Source: Candidatus Anstonellales archaeon (GTDB lineage: Archaea; Micrarchaeota; Micrarchaeia; Anstonellales; J096). From it: DNA of 64,000 nt. This document shows, piece by piece, positions 1-10,843 of the stretch. The position numbers and the translations under genes are program-made. Within the stretch, counting starts at the first letter, position 1; each line of letters begins with the position of its first letter. The notes below the pieces were generated by a model that was not told the DNA's origin, made no database searches, and was given only the letters and a program-made list of their open reading frames with translations. The stretch is taken from NCBI GenBank assembly GCA_038896535.1, contig JAWACY010000001.1, positions 96,001-160,000 of the forward strand. Reading direction: 5' to 3'.

Positions 1-394
1 TGATGTTATCAAGCTCGGCCTGAGCATCAGCTTCATTTACATGGCTCATTGCAAGAAAAGAAAAATCATCTATATGCAAAACCTTATTGTGCAGATATTC
101 GAAACATCCAATATCAGATAATAGTTTTACTGCGTTTATCTCGTCTTTTGCTCTTTTTTCATGATTTCCGCATATTGCAATTACTTTCTGTTTTTTTATC
201 TTATTAAATATCAAAAATGTCCTATGCAAAGTTTGCAATGTTATGTCTTTCGTATCAAACATATCGCCTGTATGCAATATAACATCGCAGTTTTCCTTTT
301 CTAAAATATTTAATGCCCTTTCTAAATGTAAAAATGATTCTTCATAAAATCTCTTATTTCCTAGATGTGTGTCTCCTATAATTCCTATTTTCAT
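1..394 (-). CDS. Mre11/SbcD-like metallophosphoesterase nuclease (N-terminal part; runs off the window start)
   Basis: Not in the ORF track. Translated by hand from ATG at 394: MKIGIIGDTHLG...HTGDMFD...CGNHE, the calcineurin-like phosphoesterase motifs I-III. Confidence 0.8.
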   Translation of the reverse strand, partial: MKIGIIGDTHLGNKRFYEESFLHLERALNILEKENCDVILHTGDMFDTKDITLQTLHRTFLIFNKIKKQKVIAICGNHEKRAKDEINAVKLLSDIGCFEYLHNKVLHIDDFSFLAMSHVNEADAQAELDNI

Positions 395-941
395 GCTTAC
401 CAATCCTCAAATGTTTATGCCAATCTATAAATAAAAGGCCTATTGTTATTAAAAAGGCAAGCAAATCTAGATATTGCACTACATGAATATTATTCTCTTC
501 CAGCATTGATGTGATTTTACCAAGCGTTATTACGCCAAAACCATAACTTATTAACCTGCCAAGCACAAAGCCAGTTATTATTGGTAATATTGGTAATGAT
601 GAGACTCCTGCTAAAATAAAAATGATGTTGCTCGGCAAAGGCCCCAAAGAATAAATAAACATAAATAATAGCATGGCCTTTTTATTTTTCATGAGCTTCA
701 TCCTTAAATGATGGAGTTGCTGCTTTTTATGCTCTGGTAGAAATTTCATAAAATAAGAGCTGTAATAATACATTATAAGCCTGCCAAGTGCTGCTGCTAT
801 AACCCCTATCAAAATCACTTGCCAAACATCGAGATTGTCTTTAATTTGATATCTTGACAATATAAGCCATGTTGGCGGGGCAAACGCTGGGAGGATGTTT
901 GCAATTAATACAACCAAAAATAATTCAATGTATATATCCAT
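354..941 (-). CDS. Membrane protein, DedA/VTT-like
   Basis: Multiple TM segments, PxP and GR motifs. Confidence 0.55.
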   Translation of the reverse strand: MDIYIELFLVVLIANILPAFAPPTWLILSRYQIKDNLDVWQVILIGVIAAALGRLIMYYYSSYFMKFLPEHKKQQLHHLRMKLMKNKKAMLLFMFIYSLGPLPSNIIFILAGVSSLPILPIITGFVLGRLISYGFGVITLGKITSMLEENNIHVVQYLDLLAFLITIGLLFIDWHKHLRIGKHENRNYRRHTSRK

Positions 942-945
942 AGCA

Positions 946-1122
946 TTACTTTCTTCTCTTTGGCTTTAATGGTATTTTGCCTTCATAATACTCTTTTGAT
1001 GCAATGTCTAATGCTTCCTCTGATGGTGCAACATTGAGATTTGGCTGTGCATTTAATGCAAGCTGGAATGCCCTGGCCCCTATTATTCTTGCCTTCTCAT
1101 ATTTATTATGTGATTTTTCCAT
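946..1122 (-). CDS. rpoK: RNA polymerase subunit K (Rpo6)
   Basis: 58-aa ORF below the track cutoff: MEKSHNKYEKARIIGARAFQLALNA...ALDIASKEY, the Rpo6/RPB6 signature. Confidence 0.9.
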   Translation of the reverse strand: MEKSHNKYEKARIIGARAFQLALNAQPNLNVAPSEEALDIASKEYYEGKIPLKPKRRK

Positions 1123-1175
1123 CTTTTATATTTGTAGGCATTGTTTTAAAAATATTTATCACTAATAAATAAAGC

Positions 1176-1559
1176 ATGAGAAAGCAATATCATGAAGTGA
1201 TAAAAGGAAAAGTTTCTAGAGGAACTGGTGCAAAAAAGGTTAAAGCAAAAGATAAAAAGCTTGCTCATGCTGGCGGTTATTTCATCCCTACAAGGATAGG
1301 AGAAAGAGAAATAAAAATCATAAGAACAAGAGGGGGAAATAGGAAAATAAAGGTAAAGAAAGATTCATATGCAAATGTTGCAACAGAAAATGGCATAAAA
1401 AGGGCAAAGATCATAAAACTTTTGCAGGGAAACAATCCAGATTATACAAGAGAGGGGGTAATAACAAAAGGAAGCATAATAGAAACTGAAATAGGAAAGG
1501 CAATTGTCACAAGCAGGCCAAATCAGCATGGAGTAATAAATGCAAAACTGATAAAGTAA
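1176..1559 (+). CDS. rps8e: 30S ribosomal protein S8e
   Basis: RTRGGNRK, GVITKGSIIETEIGKAIVTSRPNQHGVINA motifs. Confidence 0.95.
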   Translation: MRKQYHEVIKGKVSRGTGAKKVKAKDKKLAHAGGYFIPTRIGEREIKIIRTRGGNRKIKVKKDSYANVATENGIKRAKIIKLLQGNNPDYTREGVITKGSIIETEIGKAIVTSRPNQHGVINAKLIK

Positions 1560-1792
1560 TTAGTTTTCTTGGGGTTTTGGAATTCATTATATTTATGGGC
1601 GCGGGCATAAATGCAAAACTGATAAAGTGATATTTAAATAAATACATATTTTTATTAATTTTCTATTTTTTATTTTTCTATTAATTTATGAATTTATGCT
1701 GGCAACCTTGTTAACATAATGATTATGAAAGGTTAACAAATGTTTTTTGCATAAACGATAAAAATTTAAAATTCTTTTTTCCTTAATTTAAT

Positions 1793-2962
1793 ATGGGGGG
1801 CATTCAAAATTACTTGTCATGGGAAGAAAAAATCAGTAAAGGCAGGGCATCTAATAGATTAAAAAGGCTTGTTGGAGAATTATTCAATAATAATAGAGAA
1901 AGAAGGTATTTTTCAATCTTCAAACAACAACCAGAATTGATTGGCAGGACAAGAGCAGGAGATCCTCTTAAATGCATTACTTCTTTTGATGGGGCAAAAA
2001 TAGCATATTCAGAAACAAGACCAGAAAAAAGCACAAACACTTGCTCTGTGCCAATAGTAATATTAAGCGGTTATCTTTGCTTTCCTAACATTTGGCGCTA
2101 TTTTGTTGATGAATTAAAACGGCATTTCAGAATAATAAGGATAAGAACAAGGGGCCATTTCGAATCTGAGCTTGGGGGAAGTAATGCATACACATATATA
2201 AAAGATGCTGCTGCAGACTTAGAAGTTATAAGATTAAGTGAAAATATAGATAAAATGATCCTTATTGGCCACTCCATGGGCGGTTTAATATCATTGAATT
2301 ACATAAGCCAATATGGGCATAATAATCTGAGTGGGCTTGTTCTTGTTTCTTCTCCTTTTGGTGATCCTTTTAAAACTACATATTTTGGCAACCTAGAAAA
2401 ATTAGGTTCAATTTTTGACTATTTATCATATTTATTGCAATTATCAAACATTGATATATTAAAAAGAATGCTAGGAAAAAGTGCTATAGTAAAAAGAATT
2501 TCATATTCTTTAATAACTGGCACTTTGTTAAAAAACAGCTTGAATGGCATTGATGATAAAGAACTTGAATACTTAATAAAGCTTGGCTCAACAATAAGAG
2601 AGGAGACGATTGCCATTGCATTGAGAGCTATGAGAAAACTTGATTTAAAAAAATGCGTTGAAGAGATAAGCATTCCATGTCTTATTATTGCTGGCATAAA
2701 TGATTTAATAGTGAATTGGAAAAATGCAGTTAGAGTTTTTGAGATAATAAAATCAAACAATGGGAATGCAAACCTATGCTTCCTGCCTTGCGGGCATATG
2801 CCAATGATGGAATTTCCAAATGCTTTTAATTATAGCGTTATTAATTTCATGTGCTCCAATATTAGGGAAGTGGGGGAAAATGAAGAAATAAGAAAAATAT
2901 TAAATACAAAAAGCAAAGATTGGAATTTACTGATGCCAATGCTTGAAGACATAAATAAATAA
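1793..2962 (+). CDS. Alpha/beta hydrolase
   Basis: RGHFES, GHSMGG nucleophile elbow, D..V and GH acid/His motifs. Confidence 0.85.
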   Translation: MGGIQNYLSWEEKISKGRASNRLKRLVGELFNNNRERRYFSIFKQQPELIGRTRAGDPLKCITSFDGAKIAYSETRPEKSTNTCSVPIVILSGYLCFPNIWRYFVDELKRHFRIIRIRTRGHFESELGGSNAYTYIKDAAADLEVIRLSENIDKMILIGHSMGGLISLNYISQYGHNNLSGLVLVSSPFGDPFKTTYFGNLEKLGSIFDYLSYLLQLSNIDILKRMLGKSAIVKRISYSLITGTLLKNSLNGIDDKELEYLIKLGSTIREETIAIALRAMRKLDLKKCVEEISIPCLIIAGINDLIVNWKNAVRVFEIIKSNNGNANLCFLPCGHMPMMEFPNAFNYSVINFMCSNIREVGENEEIRKILNTKSKDWNLLMPMLEDINK

Positions 2963-2992
2963 GTTCTTAAATTTTGTGCTTTAAAGCCATCT

Positions 2993-4789
2993 ATGGCGAT
3001 GAATAAAAAGGCTAAAGTAAATGCTTTGCTTATCATATTTACTACTTTATTTATGCTTTCATTGTCTTTTTCAAAATTTTATTCCAACCCATATGCAAAT
3101 TTAGTTTATACTCTGAACAAAGATGGAAGCATAACAGTGCATGAGGAGATTGTTTATGATATATCCTGCCCTACATCTGACTGCTATCATGAATTATATA
3201 CATGGCACCCATCAGATATAAGCATTTCTTCAGCATCAGGAAAATGTTTGGAAACAACCTGCTCATTTTTCACCTCATTTAATGGGCAGAGATATGAGAT
3301 GATACTAAGAAAAGAAGGTGGATTTACAACTGGGAGGTATAGTGCTGTATTTGATTACACAATAAAAAGCGAAATATTAGAGCAAAAAGATGTTGCGCAA
3401 TTCTTTTACAAAGTTTGGTATGATCAATGGGAAAAAGACGTTGATGATTTAAAGATAACAATAAATATTCCTGGCTATGTTAATGATACTATCTATTTTA
3501 TACACCCAAATAAATCCACTATTTCCACAAATGCATATGATAATAAAATAATAATAAGCTCATATAAGCATCCTGCTAATCAATACCTTGAAATAAATCT
3601 ATTGATGCCAAAAGAATGGTTCAGCAATTTAAGAAAGGCAGATAACTATATGACAAAAGATGATATAATTAGAGGAGAGACCCTTTCTAATTTGTCAGAT
3701 GCACTGATATTTTTTATGAATGTTATTGTATTAATCCTTCCATTTCTGTCTTTTATTATTATATACTTTTTATATGGCAGAGACGAAGATTTTCCTGAAT
3801 TAAAAATGCTACCAGAATACATAAGAGATATATCTGAAATAGATGAAAAACTATCTCCTTCAGAAGCTGCTTTATTGTTAAAAGGTTTTGGCAATATCAT
3901 TGAAAATAATGAATTATCAAATATCATAACTGCAGAGATAATGGAACTTTACAGGCTAGGTTACTTAGATATTTATACAAAGAAAAATAAAAATTTTTTT
4001 GGCATGGAATATGAAGATGTTTATTTAATTCCAAACAAAGATAAGGACGCATCAAAATTAACAAAGATACAGCAAGCAATTTTAAACTTTATCATTGCCA
4101 ATTCAGAAGACGGGAAATTCAATACTAAAAAGTTTATGACAACTGTTATTTCTACTTGGCCGATAAGCTTAGATTTAACACAACCATATAAATATCCAGT
4201 ATTTGTTTTTGAAGGAGTAAGAGGGGAACTGCTCAGATTAAACAATAATTACATGGATAAAACTGGCTTAAAAATTATGAGGGTCATGTTTTTTGTTACT
4301 GTTTTTTTCTTGCCTTTCATCTTCATTCTCTTAATGAGCTTACTGAATTTAGGCTCTCTCGCGCCTATTTTACACAGCATTATTATCAGCTTCATTGCTT
4401 GGCTCATTATTTATTTATTAGCAGAATCTAAGCCAACAATTATGAGTAAGTGGACAAAAGATGGCAGGATAAAACACGAAAAAATGAAGAGGTATAAAGC
4501 ATTTCTTGAAGATTTTACATTATTAAAGGAGAAGATGCCGAAAGATGTTTTATTATGGGAAAAGGCACTTGTTTATGCAACTGCTTTTGGCATATCAGAG
4601 AAGGTAATAAAAACATTAAATGTTGTAATGCCAGAATATACAAAACAAACAAGATATGTTGCATTTAGACATGCTAAGAATTTATCAACTTCTATTAAAG
4701 AAGGAATTTCTTATATGCAAAGAACCAAGCCAGGCGGTGGTTTTGGTGCTGGAAGGGGAAGAGGAGGAGGTGGGGGAGGAGCAAGATAA
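2993..4789 (+). CDS. DUF2207-family membrane protein
   Basis: Signal peptide, LNKDGSITVHE, LLWEKALVYATAFG, Gly-rich C-terminus; convergent with lemA. Confidence 0.85.
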   Translation: MAMNKKAKVNALLIIFTTLFMLSLSFSKFYSNPYANLVYTLNKDGSITVHEEIVYDISCPTSDCYHELYTWHPSDISISSASGKCLETTCSFFTSFNGQRYEMILRKEGGFTTGRYSAVFDYTIKSEILEQKDVAQFFYKVWYDQWEKDVDDLKITINIPGYVNDTIYFIHPNKSTISTNAYDNKIIISSYKHPANQYLEINLLMPKEWFSNLRKADNYMTKDDIIRGETLSNLSDALIFFMNVIVLILPFLSFIIIYFLYGRDEDFPELKMLPEYIRDISEIDEKLSPSEAALLLKGFGNIIENNELSNIITAEIMELYRLGYLDIYTKKNKNFFGMEYEDVYLIPNKDKDASKLTKIQQAILNFIIANSEDGKFNTKKFMTTVISTWPISLDLTQPYKYPVFVFEGVRGELLRLNNNYMDKTGLKIMRVMFFVTVFFLPFIFILLMSLLNLGSLAPILHSIIISFIAWLIIYLLAESKPTIMSKWTKDGRIKHEKMKRYKAFLEDFTLLKEKMPKDVLLWEKALVYATAFGISEKVIKTLNVVMPEYTKQTRYVAFRHAKNLSTSIKEGISYMQRTKPGGGFGAGRGRGGGGGGAR

Positions 4790-4849
4790 AAAATTAAAAA
4801 TAAAAAAATTAAAAATAAATAAAAGATTTAAATGATTATCTAAAAATAT

Positions 4850-5398
4850 CTAAAAACTAACCTTTGGTGGTTGTTTTTCTTGCTCTGTTGCCTGGAAATA
4901 TATGCGTTCTTTAAAACCAAACAATGATGCAGCTATATTTGTTGGAAATACTTTTACTTCTCTATTATAGGTTAATGTTGCATTGTTAAAGTCTTCTCTT
5001 GCGACGCTTATTTTATTTTCTGTATCAGTTAATTGCTGTTGTAGTTGCATAAAATTTTCACTTGCCCTTAACTGAGGATAATTTTCTGCCACGGCAAAAA
5101 TTGATTTTAATGCTTGAGTCAACATATCATTTGCTTCTAACCTTTGCTGTGGTGTACCCTCAAGTATTTTTGACCTCAATTTTGTTATCTCTGTGAGAGT
5201 TGTCTTTTCATGCTTCATATAACCTTTCACTGTTTCTACCAAGTTTGGTATCAGATCTGCCCTTCTTTTAAGCTGAACATCAATCTGGGCCCATGCGTTG
5301 TTCACTGCCTCATTTAACCTTACCAGATTGTTATATGTTATTATCAACCATAAAACCAAGACTGCCAAGACAACAATCAAAATAATCTCCAATACCAT
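4850..5398 (-). CDS. lemA: LemA family protein
   Basis: YNNLV, IDVQLKRRADLIPNLVETVKGY, AENYPQL. Confidence 0.95.
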   Translation of the reverse strand: MVLEIILIVVLAVLVLWLIITYNNLVRLNEAVNNAWAQIDVQLKRRADLIPNLVETVKGYMKHEKTTLTEITKLRSKILEGTPQQRLEANDMLTQALKSIFAVAENYPQLRASENFMQLQQQLTDTENKISVAREDFNNATLTYNREVKVFPTNIAASLFGFKERIYFQATEQEKQPPKVSF

Positions 5399-5489
5399 AA
5401 AATAATAATTACCTATTATTTTTAAATATTTATTGTTTTTCTTTAATCATTTTGCTAATATTTTTAAACATGTGTTGGGCATAAAAATT

Positions 5490-6236
5490 ATGCCTTTTGC
5501 CATAAGAAAAAGTCATATTTCTACATCAGAACAATTAAAAATTTTAAAAGAGATTCTTGGCAATAAAGCATATATTTTAATTTTTGATATGGATGGTACA
5601 TTGACAGAAAAAACAGAGCCAAAATGTATAAAACTTATATTAAAGGCTATAAAGGGTTTGTATGGAATGGATATATATAAAAAAGCAAGAAAAGTAATGT
5701 CTGAAAATGAAGAGAAGCTGCTTGGAAAACCTGATTTTGAAATGATAAAAAGTATGTCCATTTACTTAAAAAATGTAAAAAATAGTGTAAAAATAGATTA
5801 CAAAGAAGTATCAAAGTTATATAGGGCATTACTCAAAGCAAATTTACATAAGATATATAATGAAAGGGCATTAATGCCTTATGCTTCTGCATTCATAAAA
5901 AAGGCCAAGAATGATTTTTGCATAGTATCCTCAGCATTGGCAATGCAGATTGAAAAAATAAATAAAGTGCTGTTAAGGAAAACTGGTAAAAAAGCAAGAT
6001 TCATAGTATCTTATGAAATGACAAAAAGGCACAAACCTTTTCCAGATCCATATTTAAAAGCAAAAGAAAAATTAAAAAGACTTGGATATAAAGCAGGTGT
6101 TGTTTTTGAGGATTCAAATAATGGAGTAAAAGCAGCAAAAAAAGCTGGTTTTAAAGTAATAAAAATAGGCAAGAAAAAAGGGAAATATAATTTAACATGG
6201 AAGCAGATACTTTCTTATAACTTTCTTGATTCATAA
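5490..6236 (+). CDS. HAD-superfamily phosphatase
   Basis: FDMDGTL, KPFPDPY, FEDS motifs; first ATG at 5490 (ORF opens at 5433). Confidence 0.85.
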   Translation: MPFAIRKSHISTSEQLKILKEILGNKAYILIFDMDGTLTEKTEPKCIKLILKAIKGLYGMDIYKKARKVMSENEEKLLGKPDFEMIKSMSIYLKNVKNSVKIDYKEVSKLYRALLKANLHKIYNERALMPYASAFIKKAKNDFCIVSSALAMQIEKINKVLLRKTGKKARFIVSYEMTKRHKPFPDPYLKAKEKLKRLGYKAGVVFEDSNNGVKAAKKAGFKVIKIGKKKGKYNLTWKQILSYNFLDS

Positions 6237-7418
6237 TTTCATTGCAACAACAGGGCTTATCTTGCTGGCTTGGTAAGCTGGTAAAATGCCTCCAATCATG
6301 CCAACAAAAAAACCCAATAAGAAAGCAATGAAAACTTGGTTAATAGAAAGGGAAAAATCGAGCAATTGAAAGAAAGATAATAAAAACCCTATTATTGTGC
6401 CTAACAAAAGGCCAATAAAACTCCCAACCAAAGCTGTTAATAAGGATTCTGCAATAAAGATTTTCATTATATCATTCCTAGTTGCTCCAATTGACCTTAA
6501 TATGCCTATCTCCCTCCTTCTTCTTGTTATTACTGTAAACATCGTATTTGCTATACCAAAAGCGCTAACAAGGCTTGCTATAGCACTTACTGCTAATGCT
6601 GCAATATTTATGGAATTTAATAAATTGCCTATAGTTGATTTCAAATAATCTTGCGTTATTACGGAAAACTGCTCATCATCGGTTATGCCCTTCCTATATT
6701 TTAAGTTATTTTTTATCTGTTCTGCTGCTGAATTTATATCGTAATTATCTAAAATGTCAACATATATTAAAAATATTTTATTTTTTTCCATTTGTATTTT
6801 CTCAGAATCATCGTAATTTACAAAAATTGAGAGGTCATTATTGGCCTCATAGCCTGATGCTTTCATAATGCCAACAACCCTATACTGCTTTCCAGATATG
6901 TATATTGAACTACCAATATTAATTTCATTTGTAAAAAGTGATTGCACTTTTCCACCGATAACAGCTGAGCCAGTTTCATGCTCTTTGAATGCCCTGCCCT
7001 GTTCTATTTTGAACGTTGATTGGAAAAGATCAAATATATTTGGTGTTGCTGCTATAACGTTAATTTTAACTTCTTCATTTTTGTATTTAACATCAAGTCT
7101 TTTTGCATTGCCATAACCAATAGATTCAACAAATGGCAAACCATTTATAGCATTTATATCATTTATATCAAAAGATTGGAAACCAGCAATAGAACTAGCT
7201 GAAAAAATTTGCTGCTGAGATATAGGCAATATCAATATCTTATCAGAGCCAAAATTAGATATCACTGCTTGGCTTTGATTTAATAACATGTTTGTGGCCC
7301 CAAAGGTTAATATTACAGTCATTACACCTATTATTATGCCAATAAGTGTCAACACACTTCTTATAGGTTGATTTATCAATGAATCAAAAATAAAATAACG
7401 TATTACTATGGGCTTCAT
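6231..7418 (-). CDS. ABC transporter permease, MacB/FtsX type
   Basis: RSVLTLIGIIIG, RRREIGILRSIGA, PAYQASKISPV. Confidence 0.9.
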   Translation of the reverse strand: MKPIVIRYFIFDSLINQPIRSVLTLIGIIIGVMTVILTFGATNMLLNQSQAVISNFGSDKILILPISQQQIFSASSIAGFQSFDINDINAINGLPFVESIGYGNAKRLDVKYKNEEVKINVIAATPNIFDLFQSTFKIEQGRAFKEHETGSAVIGGKVQSLFTNEINIGSSIYISGKQYRVVGIMKASGYEANNDLSIFVNYDDSEKIQMEKNKIFLIYVDILDNYDINSAAEQIKNNLKYRKGITDDEQFSVITQDYLKSTIGNLLNSINIAALAVSAIASLVSAFGIANTMFTVITRRRREIGILRSIGATRNDIMKIFIAESLLTALVGSFIGLLLGTIIGFLLSFFQLLDFSLSINQVFIAFLLGFFVGMIGGILPAYQASKISPVVAMKL

Positions 7419-8620
7419 TATTCATACCTCAAAGCTTGTGCTGGTTTTAATTTAACTATTTCTGAGCTGGATAAAAAAGCAACAATAATTGATATTATAA
7501 GAACAAAAAAAGCAAAAAACACCAGTATTGGGTAATCTGGAGAGAAAGGAACAAAGCCCTGTAATGAACCAATAATAAAAGCAAGCCCATAACCAAGAAA
7601 TATAGAGATTGAGCATATCATTATTGCTTGCACATATAATATTCTCCTCATCTCATCTATAGTTACGCCTAAAGCTCTTAATGTAGCAATCTCTCTTGTT
7701 TTATCTATGACTGCCATGTAAAAGCTATTTCCAAGATTTATAACGCCAACAATTATAGAAATGGAAGATATTAATATAAAGAATAAATTAACCACTGCTA
7801 TAAGCATGTTCACATTTTCATTTATAACATCTGCTGTTATTATAGTATAACCTTTTAGCCTATCACTCATTTTATTTTTGGCCAATACAGAATCAATTTG
7901 CTCTGATATTGCTTTTATATTGTTGCTATTTCCTGCTTTTACTATTATTATGCTGAATTCATTATTTTTCACAGCATCACTCAAAACCTGCCTAGCATCA
8001 TCTATGTTTAATATTAACCTATCATCCAAGGATTGCAAAAAAGAACCTGAAGGCTTTAATATGCCAACAATAACAAATGTCTTATTATTTATCTTAATTG
8101 TTTTTCCTACATCTATGCTTTGCTCTTTAAAAAGTTGCGTTATTCTTGCCCCAACCACAACTTCTCCTTTATTAATTAACCATCTGCCCCTTTCTACTTC
8201 TATGTTTGGTATTATATCAATATCCTCCTTATACATGCCGACTACATTTAATATTTTTACTTCACCAAGATAAGAAACATTTGTTAAACCTCCAATAAAA
8301 CCAGAAACCTTTGATATGCCATTAATTAATTTTATTCCATTTATATCCTTAGCATTAAAACTCTCTCTAATTGGTATTATGTTTGTTCTTCTTGCAGAAG
8401 TTAATATATTACCAGAAACTTGAGTGGGCACTATAACAATAAGGTCTGTGCCAAATTGGAATGCTGTTTTTTGTATTTGCTGATTTATACCATTTGAGAT
8501 GCCAGTCAAAAAAAACACACTGAACATACCTATTGCTATTGCAATAATACTCAGCATAGTCCTTAATTTTTGACTTAAAAGGGAATTATAGGCATATTTA
8601 AATATTATTATTATGTTCAT
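7418..8620 (-). CDS. ABC transporter permease, MacB/FtsX type
   Basis: KLRTMLSIIAIAIG, REIATLRALG, PAQALRYE. Confidence 0.9.
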   Translation of the reverse strand: MNIIIIFKYAYNSLLSQKLRTMLSIIAIAIGMFSVFFLTGISNGINQQIQKTAFQFGTDLIVIVPTQVSGNILTSARRTNIIPIRESFNAKDINGIKLINGISKVSGFIGGLTNVSYLGEVKILNVVGMYKEDIDIIPNIEVERGRWLINKGEVVVGARITQLFKEQSIDVGKTIKINNKTFVIVGILKPSGSFLQSLDDRLILNIDDARQVLSDAVKNNEFSIIIVKAGNSNNIKAISEQIDSVLAKNKMSDRLKGYTIITADVINENVNMLIAVVNLFFILISSISIIVGVINLGNSFYMAVIDKTREIATLRALGVTIDEMRRILYVQAIMICSISIFLGYGLAFIIGSLQGFVPFSPDYPILVFFAFFVLIISIIVAFLSSSEIVKLKPAQALRYE

Positions 8621-10086
8621 TTTTTCTTCCTTAAAAACAGCATATAGCCAATTCCTATTAATATTATGACTAAAGCAATTATTAACAGATCATTATTCTG
8701 CTTTTGGGTTTCTTTTTTTATGTTTATCTGAAATTCTCTTGCTTCGCTTATCAGCCTATTAGATGGGTCTAAATAAGAAACATTTAATGTTATTTTTCCC
8801 TGGCCCTCTTTTTTAGGCACAACATAAACCTGCCTTGTTGTAAAATCATCTGGGTCAAATGAACCAAAAAATATTGTATCTGTTAAATCTTGCACATCAA
8901 GTTCATCTGATAAAATTTTGACGCTTACGCCAGATATTTTATAACCTGCTTTATTACTAATTGTTATTGATAAAGAATGCCTATTTCCAACAATAAGAGG
9001 GACTGGATTAGCATTAATGAACACATCAACTGCATCTTTACTTCTTATGTTTATTGGTATATTTATTATTTCTCTCTTTTGTATCCCGTCTTGCTTCCAA
9101 GAAATAACGAATGGAACTAGCTTTTGCCCTGGTTCAAGCGTTACAAACACATCGATAGAAGCTGTTTTTGTTTCATTTTGCTTTATTGAATCAACCCTAA
9201 TTTGATTTTGGGATTCGAAAATAACGCCTGAGCCATCAAATGGCTCTATTGACATATCATTTATTTCTCCTCCTATATTGCTTATTTCAAACTCTAAATT
9301 TGAGCTTTCTTTATAAAGCAATTCTTTTTTCTGCTTTATTATAAAGCCTGTTTCCCATCCAACAACTGTTAGGGGGATTGTTCTATTCTTTATTTCTATA
9401 TCATCAACTGCGTTCTTTATTTTTAATGTAAAAATAATATTATTCACTCCTTCCTGCAAGTTTGATGCGTCATATGTAACATTTTTACTTTTGCAACTAA
9501 CGAGATTATCAAAAATAACATCATTCATAGATAAATTACTTGATGATACAAAAACTTGTTTAACAGTTCCTTTTTGAGGACAGACTTCAATATTTAGTTG
9601 CCCCTGCTTTTTTATATTTGTAGGATTCACATTAATATCAACAACTGGCTTAGTGAGAACTTTGATTGGTATATAGATAACTGTATTACTTGGCTCAGAG
9701 CCTATACCTCCAATTCTTTCAATTATCGCTCTTGAATTTATTCTTATTTCTATTGTATAAATACCCTCAGAAGAATATGCTGCTTTGAATGGTATAACAT
9801 ATGTCACAACACCAGGCTGCACTCTGCCTATATCTATTGTTTTACTAAACAAGCCAGCAATCACATCAAATGAAGTTAGCTCAAATCCAATCAAGTTTTC
9901 ATCTTTTGCTATTATATGGGTGTAATTAACATTTAATGTTATTACGCCATTTTCCCCCGGCTCATATGAATCTTTATCCAAGCTATATGATAAAGCATTG
10001 ATAGCAAAGTAGCAATTTACATTTAATAAAAATAATAAGAGCAGGGCATTGATAATGCCAATTGTATTCCTTTTCAATGTTTTCAT
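8617..10086 (-). CDS. COG1361-like S-layer/Ig-fold surface protein
   Basis: Signal peptide, beta-rich repeats, C-terminal TM plus RKKK; lies within a MacB-type ABC operon. Confidence 0.65.
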   Translation of the reverse strand: MKTLKRNTIGIINALLLLFLLNVNCYFAINALSYSLDKDSYEPGENGVITLNVNYTHIIAKDENLIGFELTSFDVIAGLFSKTIDIGRVQPGVVTYVIPFKAAYSSEGIYTIEIRINSRAIIERIGGIGSEPSNTVIYIPIKVLTKPVVDINVNPTNIKKQGQLNIEVCPQKGTVKQVFVSSSNLSMNDVIFDNLVSCKSKNVTYDASNLQEGVNNIIFTLKIKNAVDDIEIKNRTIPLTVVGWETGFIIKQKKELLYKESSNLEFEISNIGGEINDMSIEPFDGSGVIFESQNQIRVDSIKQNETKTASIDVFVTLEPGQKLVPFVISWKQDGIQKREIINIPINIRSKDAVDVFINANPVPLIVGNRHSLSITISNKAGYKISGVSVKILSDELDVQDLTDTIFFGSFDPDDFTTRQVYVVPKKEGQGKITLNVSYLDPSNRLISEAREFQINIKKETQKQNNDLLIIALVIILIGIGYMLFLRKKK

Positions 10087-10117
10087 TTTTTCACCGAATA
10101 TGATTTTATCATAACAT

Positions 10118-10834
10118 TTATAATAAATTTCTGTTCCTTATTTTCTTGATTTTTCTCCCATCAGTATGGTTTATAATCATACCATCATGTATATTAAAAA
10201 TTTTATCTGATTCTTCTGCTATTTCTGGGTCATGCGTGACAATAACAAATGTAACGCCTTCCTTATTTAATTCATCAAAAATTTTTATAATTTCATGCCC
10301 TGTCTTTGTATCTAAATTGCCTGTTGGTTCATCCGCAAATATGATCTTTGGATTCATAGATAAGGCCCTTGCTATTGCCACCCTTTGTTGCTGCCCGCCA
10401 CTCAATTTATTTACCTTTGTATATATCTTTTCTTCAAGCCCGACCCTTCTCAAAAGCTCAGCTGCTCTTTTTTCTGCTTTTTCATAATCTACATCATTTA
10501 TTAGCATTGGCAACATGACATTCTCAATAGATGTAAATGAATTTATAAGATTGAATGACTGGAATACAAATCCAATTTTATGCCCTCTTATTTTTGATAT
10601 GGCATCATCTCCCATATCAGCAACATCAATGCCATCAACATAAACTTTGCCAGAACTTGGATAATCAAGCAACCCCATGATATGCAACAATGTGCTTTTC
10701 CCGCTTCCAGATGGCCCAAAAATTGAAATAAAATCTCTTTCATAAATTGTCAATGAAACACCTTTTAGTGCAAAAGTCCCATCATCATAAATTTTCTTTA
10801 CATTTTCAAGCTTTATTATTTCTTTTCTTTTCAT
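10118..10834 (-). CDS. ABC transporter ATP-binding protein (LolD/MacB type)
   Basis: GPSGSGKST, LSGGQQQRVAIARAL, DEPTGNLD. Confidence 0.95.
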   Translation of the reverse strand: MKRKEIIKLENVKKIYDDGTFALKGVSLTIYERDFISIFGPSGSGKSTLLHIMGLLDYPSSGKVYVDGIDVADMGDDAISKIRGHKIGFVFQSFNLINSFTSIENVMLPMLINDVDYEKAEKRAAELLRRVGLEEKIYTKVNKLSGGQQQRVAIARALSMNPKIIFADEPTGNLDTKTGHEIIKIFDELNKEGVTFVIVTHDPEIAEESDKIFNIHDGMIINHTDGRKIKKIRNRNLL

Positions 10835-10843
10835 TTACAACAC

